64,000 nt of DNA. Origin: Vulcanimicrobiota bacterium (GTDB lineage: Bacteria > Vulcanimicrobiota > Vulcanimicrobiia > Vulcanimicrobiales > Vulcanimicrobiaceae). The stretch is taken from NCBI GenBank assembly GCA_963723515.1, contig CAVRQT010000001.1:89969-153968 (forward strand), given 5' to 3'. The notes beneath the pieces are model-generated. The model was given only the letters and a program-made list of their open reading frames with translations. It did not search any database and was not told where the DNA came from. Position numbers and translations under genes: made by a program. Numbering within the stretch: the first letter of the stretch is position 1; every line of letters begins with the position of its first letter. Positions 11,129 through 21,956 of this stretch are shown here, piece after piece.

Positions 11129-11722
11129 CTAAAGTGCTGCGACGTGTTTGAGATCCGCAACGAACTTCGCCATCTCGCGATGACGCGTCTCGTCGTCCGG
11201 AGCGCGCAGGATTGACGACGGATGAACCGTCGCAAGCACGTTCGGGGCGAGCTCTAACGATGTGAAAACGTTTCCGCGATGCACCGTCAGGCGGAAATCG
11301 GCGCCGAAGAGCGACCGTGCCGCGGTCGCACCGAGTGCAACGAGGACGTCTGGCTTCACTTGTTTGATCTCCGCCTCCAGCCACGGACGGCAGGCGCGCA
11401 GCTCGATGACGCGCGGCGTTTGGTGGATGCGGCGCTTTCCGCGCACGATATACTTGAAATGCTTGACGGCGTTCGTGATATAGACGTCGTCCGGCTCGAT
11501 ACCGGCCTCTTCCATCGCGCGCCGCAATAGCTTGCCGGCTGGACCAACGAACGGATGTCCCGCGCGATCTTCACTGTCGCCGGGCTGCTCGCCGACGAAC
11601 ATGACCTTCGCGCGCGCCTTGCCTTCACCGAAGACCGTTTGCGTTGCATCTTTATACAGATCGCATCCGCGGCAATGCGCTGCCGCCTCGCGTAAACTCT
11701 TCAGCGAACGCTTCTCCGGCAT
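11129..11722 (-). CDS. udgX: UdgX-type uracil-DNA glycosylase family 4 protein
   Basis: Fe-[26 protein letters not shown], diagnostic R-loop KRRIH, and HPS. Confidence 0.88.
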   Translation of the reverse strand: MPEKRSLKSLREAAAHCRGCDLYKDATQTVFGEGKARAKVMFVGEQPGDSEDRAGHPFVGPAGKLLRRAMEEAGIEPDDVYITNAVKHFKYIVRGKRRIHQTPRVIELRACRPWLEAEIKQVKPDVLVALGATAARSLFGADFRLTVHRGNVFTSLELAPNVLATVHPSSILRAPDDETRHREMAKFVADLKHVAAL

Positions 11723-11752
11723 GAAATCGGCGGCGGAACGGTCATTCGCTCT

Positions 11753-12533
11753 TCATTGAACGACCGCATGGCGTGTTGAGAGCGCGCCGTTGATCGCGGT
11801 CGCGAAGTCTTTTAACGACCATGCACCACGAACGCGCACGCGCGTCAGCTCAAAGCGATTTTCTGGCGGCACCACATTGCTCGCATCGGTTGTCACGGCT
11901 AACGGGATGCCTTCTTGGCGAACGATGCTGAGCGTCGTACGGTTGAAGCTGCCGGAGGGGTAGGCATACGAAAGAATCGGCGCATGTAAGAAGGTGCTTA
12001 AAATGTGAACAGAGTTGGCGATCTGGTACCGCTGCTGCGCTGCGTTCATTTGCGAGAGGTCATCATGCCGCACGCCGTGCGCGGCGATGTCGAATCCGTC
12101 GCGGGCCATCGTTTTGACCTGCGTCCACGTCAAGTGGCGTGGCTTGCCCAACTGGCCGGTAACGATGTAGAACGTCGCGCTCGGCACGGAACGTTCGCAG
12201 CAACGGTACGGCATAGTGATATTGGTCGGCATATCCATCGTCAAACGTTAAGACCACCGCGTGATCGAGCGCTCGGTGTCGTCGCAACCGCCGTTCGAGC
12301 TCCGCCATGCTGATTGCCGCGATGCCGCGTACCTTTAAATAGTCGAGTTGGCCTTGCAGTTGCTGCGGCGAGATTGTGAGGTCACGACTGATCGTATCGC
12401 CCGGCGAAGCGACGTCGATGCGATGATACATCAGAATCGGCGGCGGCACGAACGTTTTCGGCGCGGAAGAAATGGCGCATAGTCCGACGGCGCAGATCAA
12501 CAGAGCGCATCGCGCCAATGCCATGACGCGCAT
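11753..12533 (-). CDS. secreted polysaccharide deacetylase (CE4/NodB domain; indel near 12190)
   Basis: Signal peptide, PILMYH, LTFDDGY, then in the shifted frame [18 protein letters not shown] and ELTRVRV. Confidence 0.85.
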
Positions 12534-12600
12534 CTTATGAAGGCCGCGTGCGCGGCCCTTGCTCCAGGTTCGCCATCCTGGGACGCGAAAAGGCGGCGTC

Positions 12601-13147
12601 ATGGTACTGAGAAGTATCGCGATTTTCTTTGCGCTCATGCTGGTCGTCCCAAACATCGCCAGGGCCGCGTCGGCGCAAACGCTTTCGCGTTGGTTTCAAA
12701 GTGGGCGCTGTGCCGCATTCAACACGGCATATTCAGCGAACGTCCCGTTTGCGCGCAACGATAGCGAAGAGTTGCTCTGGCTGGACCGCTTCTCGGCGCA
12801 CTTTCAAGGCGGCGGCAATGCTGCGTACATCTACGATGCGAAGCACGGCACCGTCTTTCGCAGCATCGGCGGCGACAGCACGGGATCGCATACCTGGCGT
12901 ACAATCGGACCGCCGCCCGTGCACGTCACGCAGAGCGACTTGAGCCACCTTTCAACGACCTCCGGTATCAGGCTTGGGCACGCCGGCGGCGGTTGTCATT
13001 GAAAAGCTTGGCCGCCCGCGGATTCTGCGCGCGTGCGGTCTTGAGCGATATCAGTACATGATCGATCGCGAAGTCGGTGGCAATTCGCTGGAGTTCACGA
13101 TCCAAAACGGACGGGTTATCGAGATCTTTCAAACCTACGGCGATTAG
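12601..13147 (+). CDS. hypothetical secreted protein (indel near 12980)
   Basis: Signal peptide MVLRSIAIFFALMLVVPNIARA. TSGIRLG continues after a frameshift as ...VIEKLGRP...LEFTIQNGRVIEIFQTYGD*. Confidence 0.55.
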
Positions 13148-13212
13148 GGAAGGAAAACGGCGGCAAGCAGCCGTACGCCTGAAGCCTCCGTTCTCCAAGA
13201 AAGGCGATCTAG

Positions 13213-13767
13213 ATGAAGCTTACCTCGTTTTATGCGCTGGCGATTGCGGCATTGCTTGCGAGCAGTCTCGGAAGCACCGTTCAGGCCAACGCAGCCGCCG
13301 CGGCTCCGACTCCCGTTCCGTATACGATGCCAAATTTATCAGCCATGAAGATGTTCATGGGAACATGGCATTGCAGCTCTACCGCTGCGTGGAAAGACTC
13401 GCACAGATACCTCGACGACGACCATGGCGCTTGACGGACAATACATGATGACGCACGACGTTTCGCCGCCGTTCGACAAGTATCGCACGAGGCCGAATGT
13501 CATAGACATCCTATCAGACGTACAATCCGATAACGAAGAAGTGGGTCAGCATCGGCGTCGATAACTTCGGCGGATACTTCGTTAACACATCACCCGGCTG
13601 GACCGGCAATACGATACGAACGACGACCGCGATGTCCAACGATGGGACGACCGGCTACGATGTCCTGACGAAATTAAGTGAAACGCGGACGACAGATCAT
13701 TTCGTAACCAAGGACCCAAAAGGCAAAGTCACGACGGCGAACCGTCAGCTGCACGAAGGCAGGCTAG
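13213..13767 (+). CDS. hypothetical secreted beta-rich protein (several indels); paralog of 25054-25597
   Basis: Signal peptide, PTPVP...FMGTWHCSS, later TYNPITKKWVSIGVDNFGGYFVNTSPGWTGN, ending CTKAG*. Confidence 0.6.
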
Positions 13768-13787
13768 CGCTTAAGGAATCGATTCAC

Positions 13788-13817
13788 AAAAAGAGCCTGC
13801 GGCCTGCGGGCTCTTTT
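13788..13817. terminator. bidirectional intrinsic terminator
   Basis: AAAAAGAGCCTGC-GGCCT-GCGGGCTCTTTT, a hairpin with A and T tracts on either side, between convergent genes. Confidence 0.75.
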
Positions 13818-13838
13818 AACTTTGATACGGCTGCCCTG

Positions 13839-14432
13839 CTAATAAGGAACCGGTCCGGCGTCGCGCTGCGCCCGAAGGGCCTGCATATACCAGAGAAATT
13901 CTTTAAAGAAATCGTCATGGCGCTTGATGAACTCCGGATCCGTCGGAGTACCCTCGTCATCGAAGGCGCTTCCAACTCGCGGAATCGGTAAGAGCGAGGG
14001 GATCGAGGGCATGCCGAGCTCTGCGAGCGTCATGCGCAATTGCATTGCAGCGCGCACACCGCCAAAGTAGCCGCCGGAGTAACAGATGATGGCCGAAGGC
14101 CGCCAAAAATATTCTTCGAGGTAGTGGTCGAGTAAGTTTTTGAGCGCCGGCGGCATGCCGTGGTTGTACTCCGCCGAAACGATCGCGAACCCATCGGCTT
14201 GCGGATAGAGCTCGCCGAGTTTTCGCATCGGTTCGGGCGCACTATCGCCTTCAAATTCCGCATAGCGGCGATCGAGCAACGGTAATTTGTATTCCAGCGG
14301 ATCGATGAGAATCGCGTTGCAGCCGCGCCGTTCGAGTTCTCGCGTCACAAACCGCGCCGCTTTGATGCCTTGCCGCTCCGTTCGCACGGAGCCGAAAATG
14401 ACTGGAACGATAAAGCGGTCTCGCGGCTGCAT
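13839..14432 (-). CDS. NADPH-dependent FMN reductase
   Basis: GSVRTERQG, ADGFAIVSAEYNHGMPPALKNLLD and YSGGYFGGVRA. Confidence 0.9.
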   Translation of the reverse strand: MQPRDRFIVPVIFGSVRTERQGIKAARFVTRELERRGCNAILIDPLEYKLPLLDRRYAEFEGDSAPEPMRKLGELYPQADGFAIVSAEYNHGMPPALKNLLDHYLEEYFWRPSAIICYSGGYFGGVRAAMQLRMTLAELGMPSIPSLLPIPRVGSAFDDEGTPTDPEFIKRHDDFFKEFLWYMQALRAQRDAGPVPY

Positions 14433-15168
14433 CTAAACGCAGCCGTTACTTGAGTTCGACCATTCCTTTTGCACGGTGTAGCCGTTCAGCGTTTTCGTCT
14501 GCCACGTCGGCACCGCGCAGAGATCGCCGATTTCATAGCCGCTCGCCGCATACCAGCCGTTCGCAAATGGATCGGTGATCGCTTCGCAGACTTCATGCGA
14601 CACGACGGTGGTCAGCGACGCAAATGGTTGCATGCCGCCAAGGCATCCGCTGCAGTCCGGGAACGGCACGACGGCGTACGCGATGTTCGAGACGGCCTCA
14701 TGGTAGCCGCAAAAATCAACGCACGAACTTTGGCTGAACGCGGTGATCTTTACGTTCGGCGGCAGAAAGATCGGCCAAAGCGCGCTCGAGCCGAGATTCG
14801 GTTGGCTCGTCCAAAGCTTCGTCAGTTGCGCTTGCACGTCGGCGTCGGTGATTGTTGATGCAACGGTGCCGGCAATCGCCGCGGATCCGCTGATATGCGC
14901 CATGCGCGATTTGCTGCGTCGGCGTACTGTATTCGGCGAGTTGGTCGATGAGCGGACTGCTGACGATCCACTGCAAGAATTTTTCGATTTGCGGCTTTTG
15001 TACGGTAGCTGACGGATCGCTGCTCCAAGCGTCGCCCCAAAAGACGGCTTTGATCTGAATCGACGTTAGAAGCGGCCCGCCATGATACTCAAGTTGCTGC
15101 GCGGGCGCAGCCATAATCGCGGCGTGATGCCTCGATGGAACGAGCGTTGGGACGATTTTGTGCGGCAT
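14433..15168 (-). CDS. PHI-1/EXORDIUM-like protein (indel near 14905)
   Basis: LEYHGGPLLT (ORF 14716-15168) joined to FCGYH, HEVCEAITDP..GWY...EIGDLC and VQKEWSN (ORF 14433-14903). Confidence 0.65.
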
Positions 15169-15317
15169 GCGGCTATACTACCCGGCTCGATATCGCGCTT
15201 CTTGCGCCGGACTTGAAGCGGTCCACCATTCGCCAGCCTGCTTTCGACAGTGTTTAAGAGAAGCGCTTCTCAGGGAACGCTTCTTACACTTTTTGCTGTA
15301 GGTCCATATCGAGGATA

Positions 15318-16955
15318 ATGAAGGTACTCGGAATCAACGCCGTTTTCCATGATTCAGCCGCGGCTCTTGTTGTTGACGGCAAAATCGTTGCGGCCGCTGA
15401 AGAGGAGCGTTTCTCCCGCCGCAAGCACGGCAAGGAATGTAATCCGTTCACGACCTGGGAGCTGCCGGCGCTCTCCGCGGCGTGGTGCCTCAAAGAAGCC
15501 GGCGTCACCGCTGAGCAAGTGGATGCGATCGCATATTCTTACGACCCGACACTTGCGATGGCCACCAATGGCGACGTCACCGCAGCGGAGTGGGAAGGGT
15601 TGCGAACGCTTTATGTCCAGCATGCGGAAGCGTTTTTGCGTTCAATCTTTCCGGGGCTTCGGCAAAACGTCGTTCGGTACGTGCGGCACCACGTTGCCCA
15701 TGCCGCGTCTGCATACTTAGCCGGACCGTATCGCACGTGCAGCGTCATCGTGGCCGACGGTCGCGGTGAGAATGCGTCGTTTCTCAGCGGACGCGTCACT
15801 GACGGAAATTTAAAAGTTCTCGCCGTCCAACATCTGCCGCATTCACTCGGCTTGCGTTACGAAGAAGCAACGATGCAGTTGGGCTTCCGTCGGTCCTCGG
15901 ATGAATACAAAGTGATGGGTCTTGCCGCGTACGGTCAACCGATCCATCTCGACTACTTTCGCAAGAAATTCAGCGTCAACGGCAACGGCGGCTTCCATAC
16001 CGATCCGATCGATTGGGACGCGCTCTGTCCCAAGCGCGAGAAAGATCAGCCGTTCACGCAGCAGCACGCGGATTTGGCGGCGAGCGTTCAAATTCGCCTG
16101 GAAGAGGTACTGCTCGAATTAGCGCAGCGGTTGCACGCGCAAACGCACGACAAAGTGCTCGTGATGGCGGGCGGCGTGGCCCTCAACTGCGTGGCAAACG
16201 CGCGGCTTGCGCGCGAGGGACCGTTCGAGCAGATTTGGGTGCAACCGGCTGCCGGCGATGCCGGCACCGCGCTTGGGGCGGCCCTTTACGTCGCGCATGC
16301 GGCCGGCGATCGAATCGACTCGATGCGTAGTGCCGCGCTCGGCCGGCATTTTTCAGATGCTGAAATCGAGTCGTTCTTGGATGACGCACAGATCGCGTAC
16401 GAGCGGCCGGCCAACATTGCCGATGCAGCGGCGGAGATCGTTGCTCGAGACGGCGTCGTTGCCTGGTTCCAAGGGAAGAGCGAGTACGGGCCGCGAGCGC
16501 TTGGCCATCGCAGCTTGCTCGCGCATCCGGGATTTGCTGCCAATCTGGATCGCTTAAATCACATCAAAGGCCGTGAAGAGTTTCGTCCCGTCGCACCGAT
16601 GGTGCTCAGCGATCGCGCCGGCGAGATTTTCGAGGGGCAACTGCCCAGCCCGTACATGCTCTTTACGCACCGCGTCAACAAAGATTGGCGCGAGCGTATC
16701 GCAGCGGCGGTCCACATTGATGGAACGGCGCGCGTGCAAACGGTTGATCGAAACGAGGAACCACTGGTCGCGGAGATGCTGCAAGCGTTCGAGCGCCGGA
16801 CCGGCACGCCGGTGGTGATTAACACGAGTCTGAACACCTCGGGCCGGCCGATGGTCGACGAGCCGCGTGACGCGCTCGAATGCTTCGGCTCCTCGCCAAT
16901 CGACGCGCTGGCGATCGGCCCGTTTCTTGTGCGCCGCAACGGAGCGGCGGCATGA
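15318..16955 (+). CDS. carbamoyltransferase (NodU/CmcH/TobZ family)
   Basis: HDSAAAL..AAAEEERFSRRKH, HHVAHAASA, DGRGE, EYKVMGLAAYG, GGVALNC, GDAG, GPRALGHRS, FRPVAP, DGTARVQTV and NTSLN. Confidence 0.95.
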   Translation: MKVLGINAVFHDSAAALVVDGKIVAAAEEERFSRRKHGKECNPFTTWELPALSAAWCLKEAGVTAEQVDAIAYSYDPTLAMATNGDVTAAEWEGLRTLYVQHAEAFLRSIFPGLRQNVVRYVRHHVAHAASAYLAGPYRTCSVIVADGRGENASFLSGRVTDGNLKVLAVQHLPHSLGLRYEEATMQLGFRRSSDEYKVMGLAAYGQPIHLDYFRKKFSVNGNGGFHTDPIDWDALCPKREKDQPFTQQHADLAASVQIRLEEVLLELAQRLHAQTHDKVLVMAGGVALNCVANARLAREGPFEQIWVQPAAGDAGTALGAALYVAHAAGDRIDSMRSAALGRHFSDAEIESFLDDAQIAYERPANIADAAAEIVARDGVVAWFQGKSEYGPRALGHRSLLAHPGFAANLDRLNHIKGREEFRPVAPMVLSDRAGEIFEGQLPSPYMLFTHRVNKDWRERIAAAVHIDGTARVQTVDRNEEPLVAEMLQAFERRTGTPVVINTSLNTSGRPMVDEPRDALECFGSSPIDALAIGPFLVRRNGAAA

Positions 16956-17926
16956 TCCTCAATTACGACATCGTCGTTCCGACGATCGTGCGTCCGCATT
17001 TGACGCAACTGCTCACGTCAATTGCACACGCTGAAGGTCCGTTGCCCGGCCGCATCTTTCTGGTGGACGATCGCAAGACGCGCCGCAGCGCAATCTCATC
17101 CGCGGCGATTCCTTTACGCATCGCAAGCCGCGTTCGCGTGATCCCCGGAAAAGGCGCAGGGCCCGCGAGCGCACGCAACGTCGGCTGGCGCGCCTCAGAT
17201 GCGGAGTGGATCGCGTTTCTCGACGACGACGTGATCGTAAGCCACGACTGGCCTGCGGAACTAGTGCGCGATCTTGCTATGCTCGACCACACCGTTGCCG
17301 GCTCGCAAGGCCGCGTGCGCGTCCCCTTGCCTCACGACCGAGCGCCGACGGATTGGGAACGCAACGTTGCCGGGCTGGAGAGTGCGCGCTGGATCACCGC
17401 GGATATGACCTACCGGCGCTCCGCGCTCGTCGAGCTCGGCGGTTTTGATGAACGCTTTCCACGCGCGTTTCGTGAGGACGCCGATCTTGCGCTGCGAGCA
17501 TTACGCGCCGGCTTCCGTCTCGTGCAAGGTCAGCGCCGCGTCGAACATCCGGTGCGGGACGCGGACCCCTGGGTCAGCGTACGGTTGCAGCGCGGCAACG
17601 CTGATGATGCGTTGATGACCCACGTGCACGGCAGCGGCTGGCGCAATGCGGCGGGTGCGCCGGCCGGAACCTACCGGCGGCATCTTCTCGCAAGTGCCGC
17701 TGCTGCGGCTTCAGTAGCAGCGGCGCTGCTCGCGCGTCGGCAAGTCGCGATCGCGTCGGCGCTGACATTTACCGCGCTGACCGCTGACTTTGCCTGGCGA
17801 CGCATCGCTCCCGGACCGAGAACCGCACCGGAGATCTTGACGATGGCCGCGACGAGTGCGGTGATTCCCCTCGCTGCGGTGTTCCATCGCAGCGCCGCCG
17901 CATTGCGACTGCGGTTTGGATTTTAG
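16952..17926 (+). CDS. glycosyltransferase family 2
   Basis: VVPT, VDD, GPASARNVG, FLDDD, GGFDERFPRAFREDADL and C-terminal TM segments. ATGA overlap with the upstream stop. Confidence 0.9.
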   Translation: MILNYDIVVPTIVRPHLTQLLTSIAHAEGPLPGRIFLVDDRKTRRSAISSAAIPLRIASRVRVIPGKGAGPASARNVGWRASDAEWIAFLDDDVIVSHDWPAELVRDLAMLDHTVAGSQGRVRVPLPHDRAPTDWERNVAGLESARWITADMTYRRSALVELGGFDERFPRAFREDADLALRALRAGFRLVQGQRRVEHPVRDADPWVSVRLQRGNADDALMTHVHGSGWRNAAGAPAGTYRRHLLASAAAAASVAAALLARRQVAIASALTFTALTADFAWRRIAPGPRTAPEILTMAATSAVIPLAAVFHRSAAALRLRFGF

Positions 17927-17929
17927 CTC

Positions 17930-18454
17930 ATGCGGCCCAAAGCTGTATTGCTTGATCGCGACGGTACGCTGATTTACGACCTGCCGGCCGCCGCCGATCC
18001 GCGCGATGTCGCGCTGATGCCGGGTGTTGCGCTTGCGCTCCAACGGTTGCGTTCCGCGGGCGTGCGCATCGCCGTGATTTCAAACCAATGCGGTGTGGGC
18101 GACGGCACGCTGCAAATCGAGCGAGTGCGCGCCATCAACGAGCGCATCGAGGAACTTGCTGGGCCGATGGACGGATGGTTTCTCTGCGTGCACGCGGGTG
18201 AAGATGAATGCGATTGCCGCAAGCCGCTTCCCGGCTTGATTTACCGCGCTGCGGAGGCGCTCGGCGTCGAGCCGCGTGATTGCGTGGTCATCGGCGATGT
18301 TGGAAGCGATATTGCGGCCGCTCGGGCCGCGGGCTGTCGCGCTATCCTGATCCCGACTGAGCAGACGCTCGCGACTGAGATTACCGCCGCGCCTGAGGTC
18401 GCGTTCGATATGCTCGAAGCGGTCGACTGGCTGGTCGACGTCGTGTATGTCTAA
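17930..18454 (+). CDS. gmhB: HAD-IIIA hydrolase, D,D-heptose 1,7-bisphosphate phosphatase-like
   Basis: LLDRDGTL, ISNQ, Zn motif CVH...CDCRKPLPG, and IGDVGSDI. Confidence 0.8.
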   Translation: MRPKAVLLDRDGTLIYDLPAAADPRDVALMPGVALALQRLRSAGVRIAVISNQCGVGDGTLQIERVRAINERIEELAGPMDGWFLCVHAGEDECDCRKPLPGLIYRAAEALGVEPRDCVVIGDVGSDIAAARAAGCRAILIPTEQTLATEITAAPEVAFDMLEAVDWLVDVVYV

Positions 18455-19500
18455 GCACGTCTTGCTGGGGCGCCAGGACAACAACGGCGACGTTTTGTTG
18501 ACCGGTCCGGCGGTGCGCGCAGTTGCCTCAGGCGCCTCATATGTTTCGTATCTGTGCGGCCCGCGGCGGTGCGAGTGCCGCGGCTGTGCTTCCCGGAGTC
18601 GATCAGGTGATCTGCGAACACGCGCCGTGGATCGATGCGCATCCCGAACCCGTGAATCGCTCGAGCATCGATCGGTTCATCGATTCGATTGCGCGACTGC
18701 ACGCTGACGAAGCGATCATCTTTACGTCGTTTCATCAGAGTCCGCTTCCGCTCGCGTTGTTGCTGCGGATGGCCGGAATACCGATGATCGCGGCAATCAG
18801 CGTGGACTACGCCGGCGCGTTGCTGGACGTGCGGCATCATGTTGACGATGATCTGCATGAAGTCGAACGCGCCTTATCGCTCGTTGCGACGCTGGGCTAT
18901 TCGCTGCCGCCGCATGACTCGGGAAAATTGCGGATCAACTTGCCGGCGGCGCTTCCACGATTCGGTTGGCGCCGCTATGTCGTCGTGCATCCGGGCGCGA
19001 CGATGCCGGCCCGTGCTCCTCGTCCCGCACTGAGCCGCGCCGTCGTCCAAAGATTGGCAGATGGAGGCGAGTACGTGGTTGTGACCGGCACGGGCGAGGA
19101 GCGTGAATTGTGCGAATTCGTTTGCGGCGCAAGTTCAAACGTCTACAATGCCGCCGGCGCGACAACGTTTGAAGAGTACGGCGTTCTGCTTCGCCACGCT
19201 GCAGCGGTCATTACCGGCAACACGGCAGCGGTGCATGTGGCCGCGGCGGTCGGTACACCGGTCGTTGAAATCTTTCCGCCGACGATTCCCTTCAATCGTT
19301 TCAAACCGTGGCAAGTGCCGTACCGAGTCTTGGGCGATCAGGAGATTGGATGCCGCGGCTGCCGCGCGCGGGTCTGCCCATTTGACGATCAGCCGTGTAT
19401 CGGCAATATCACGCCTGATGACGTCATCGAGGCGCTCGATGATTTGCTGCGGACGGCTTCGCATTCGCGGCGTGCACGCTTAATCTTGGAGAACGTGTGA
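18447..19500 (+). CDS. glycosyltransferase family 9 (heptosyltransferase-like; indel near 18565)
   Basis: RQDNNGDVLLTGPAVRA, HEVERAL, VVVHPGAT, GNTAAVHVAAAVGTP and CRGC...CP...CI. Confidence 0.85.
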
Positions 19501-20736
19501 TGCGAATCGCAATGGTATCGGAACATGCAAGTCCGCTCGCCGTTCTGGGCGGAGCCGATGCGGGTGGCCAAAACGTCCATGTTGCGGCACTTGCGTCGGG
19601 TTTAAGCCGGCTGGGCGTCAGCGTAACGGTTTACACGCGCCGTGAGGATCCAAAGATCCCGAAGCACGTGAAATTCATTGACGGCGTGACGGTCACGCAT
19701 GTCGATGCCGGGCCTCCCGAATCAATCCCCAAAGACGATCTCTACCAGCACATGCCCGCGTTCGCGAAAGTTCTCGCGCATGAATGGGCCAACGAACCAC
19801 CGGATCTCGTGCACTCACACTTTTGGATGTCCGGACTCGCTTCGATCGCAGCCGCACGCTTTGCACGCATTCCGGTCGTGCAGACATTTCACGCGTTGGG
19901 CGTTGAGAAGCGGCGCCATCAAGGCGCCAAGGACACGAGCCCTAAACAGCGGCTCGCGGAAGAAAAAGGCATCGTGCGCGCAGCGCAGCGGATCTTGGCG
20001 ACCGCGAGCGCAGAAGTTTTTGAATTGACGCGCATGGGCGCGGCTCCGGCGCAGGTTCAAGTGATCCCGTGCGGCGTCGATCTCAATCGCTTTTCACCCG
20101 ACGGTGCGGTCGAAGAGCGCACTCCGGGGCGCTATCGGCTGCTGAGCGTCGGACGGATGGTGGAGCGCAAAGGCGTCGCAGAAGTGATCGAGTCGCTAAC
20201 GCTCCTACCGAACACCGAATTGATCGTCATCGGCGGTCCGGCGCTCGACGAGTTACCGAACGATCCCGAGTATCTGCGCCTCTCTGCGATTGCGCGAGAC
20301 GTCGGAGTTGCGGATCGCGTGCAGTTTCGCGGCCGCGTGCAGCACGTGCATGTTCCGGAAGTCATGCGTTCCGCCGACGTCGTGGTCTGCACGCCGTGGT
20401 ACGAGCCGTTCGGGATCGTTCCGCTGGAGGCAATGGCCTGTGCGATTCCCGTTGTTGCGTCGTCGGTCGGCGGCTTGATCGATACGGTTGTCGATGGAAG
20501 AACCGGTCGCCACGTGCCGCCGCGCTCGCCCGTGGCGCTCGCGGAAACGCTGCGTCGACTGCTGAGAAGACGAGCCGTTGCGCCGCGCGTTCGGCCGCGC
20601 CGGGCGCCGTCGTGCCGAACTGCGGTATGGCTGGAATCGTATCGCGAGCGAGACGCTGCGTAGCTACCAAGAAGTGATCGAGCAATATCAACAGCTGCCT
20701 CATCCGGCGATGCGGCCCAGGCGCTCAGGTGCATGA
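19500..20736 (+). CDS. glycosyltransferase family 4 (MshA-like; indel near 20570)
   Basis: SEHASPLAVLGGADAGGQNVHV, HSHFWMSG, GRMVERKG and EPFGIVPLEAMAC. The shifted frame continues RYGWNRIASETLRSY to the TGA at 20734-20736. Confidence 0.88.
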
Positions 20737-21718
20737 CGCTCGTTGCGCTGCGCGCGCTCGGGCTCGGCGATTTTCTGACCGCCGTTCCGGCGTTTCGCGC
20801 GCTCGCGAGAGCTTTTCCCGAGCATCATAGAGTTCTCGCCGCGCCGAAGGCGCTGGCGCCTTTAGTTTCTCTAGCCGGCGCAATCGACGAAGTCGTTGAT
20901 ACCGCGCCGCTCGCGCCGCTTCGCGCCGAATTACATCGGGCAGATATCGCCGTCGATCTTCATGGCAAAGGACCGGCCAGTCATCGCGTCTTGATCGCGT
21001 CGCGACCCGACGCGCCTGATCGCCTTCGAGCACGACGCCGTTGCGGAAAGCAAAGGGCAGCCGCAATGGCTTGCGGAGGAGCATGAAGTCTATCGCTGGT
21101 GCCGACTCATGGCGGAGAATCACATCGCTGTCGACGCAAGCGATTTGCGTTTGAAGAAGCCGCAAGCGCAAATCGGTAAGCGCATGCGTGGCGCGACGCT
21201 GCTTCACCCGGGCGCGAAATCACGCGGTCGCCGATGGCCGGTTGAACGCTGGATCGAAAATTGCGCGGCATGAACGCAATCTCGGCCGTCAGGTCGTCCT
21301 CACCGGCAGCATTGCGGAACATGAAAGATGTAGCGCGATCGCATCGGAAGCCACCATTCCGATGAGAAATGTCTTCGCCGGAAAAACCGATGTGCTGCAA
21401 TTGGCGTCGCTCGTCGCATATGCGGGGCGCGTTGTCTGTGGCGACACCGGCGTGGCGCACCTGGCGACCGCATTCAAAACGCCGAGCGTGTTGCTCTTCG
21501 GACCGACCGATCCGGCGCAGTGGGGGCCGACCATCGACAGAGAGTTGCATCGCGTCATTTGGTACGGCCAAACCGGTGATCCGCACGGCGATGCGCTCGA
21601 TTCATCGCTCTCGCGTATCACGGTCGAAGACGTGGTTGCTGAGCTTGAGATGCTCCCTCGTCACGCTGAGCTCAATTGTGCGGTGAGCCTTGTCACGCTG
21701 CCGAATTGTGCCACGTGA
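20733..21718 (+). CDS. second glycosyltransferase family 9 (several indels)
   Basis: LRALGLGDFLTAVPA, DLHGKGPASH, HPGA...RWP and GDTGVAHLATAFKTPSVLLFGPT..QWGP. Confidence 0.82.
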
Positions 21719-21943
21719 GCTCCCTCTGTCACGCTGAGCTTGTCGAAGTGCCGTCGCAATCGGGATGGAGAGGTGGTCCCAGTGTCATGCTGAGCTTGTC
21801 GAAGCATGAAGCTTCGAAGCCATCGCGATTGAACCGTGTCATCCTGAGCTTGTCGAAGGGCCACCGTACTGGTGGCTCATTTAAGTGAACGGAAGGGTCA
21901 GCCGTTCACGATAGCGTGGCGCTTCGACAAGCTCAGCGTGACA
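21659..21943. repeat. cluster of REP-like palindromic repeats (BIME-like)
   Basis: Direct copies of TGTCAY(G/C)CTGAGCTTGTCGAAG at 21727-21750, 21783-21809 and 21837-21860; partial copies at about 21659 and 21691; an inverted copy at 21921-21943. The cluster lies between convergent genes. Confidence 0.9.
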
Positions 21944-21956
21944 CAAAAGCTCCGCG

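Noticed and set aside
21659..21943. Repeat cluster as a CRISPR array
   Set aside because: Three copies have roughly 30-nt gaps, but the copies vary in sequence, one is inverted, the motif is dispersed across the window, and no cas gene is present.
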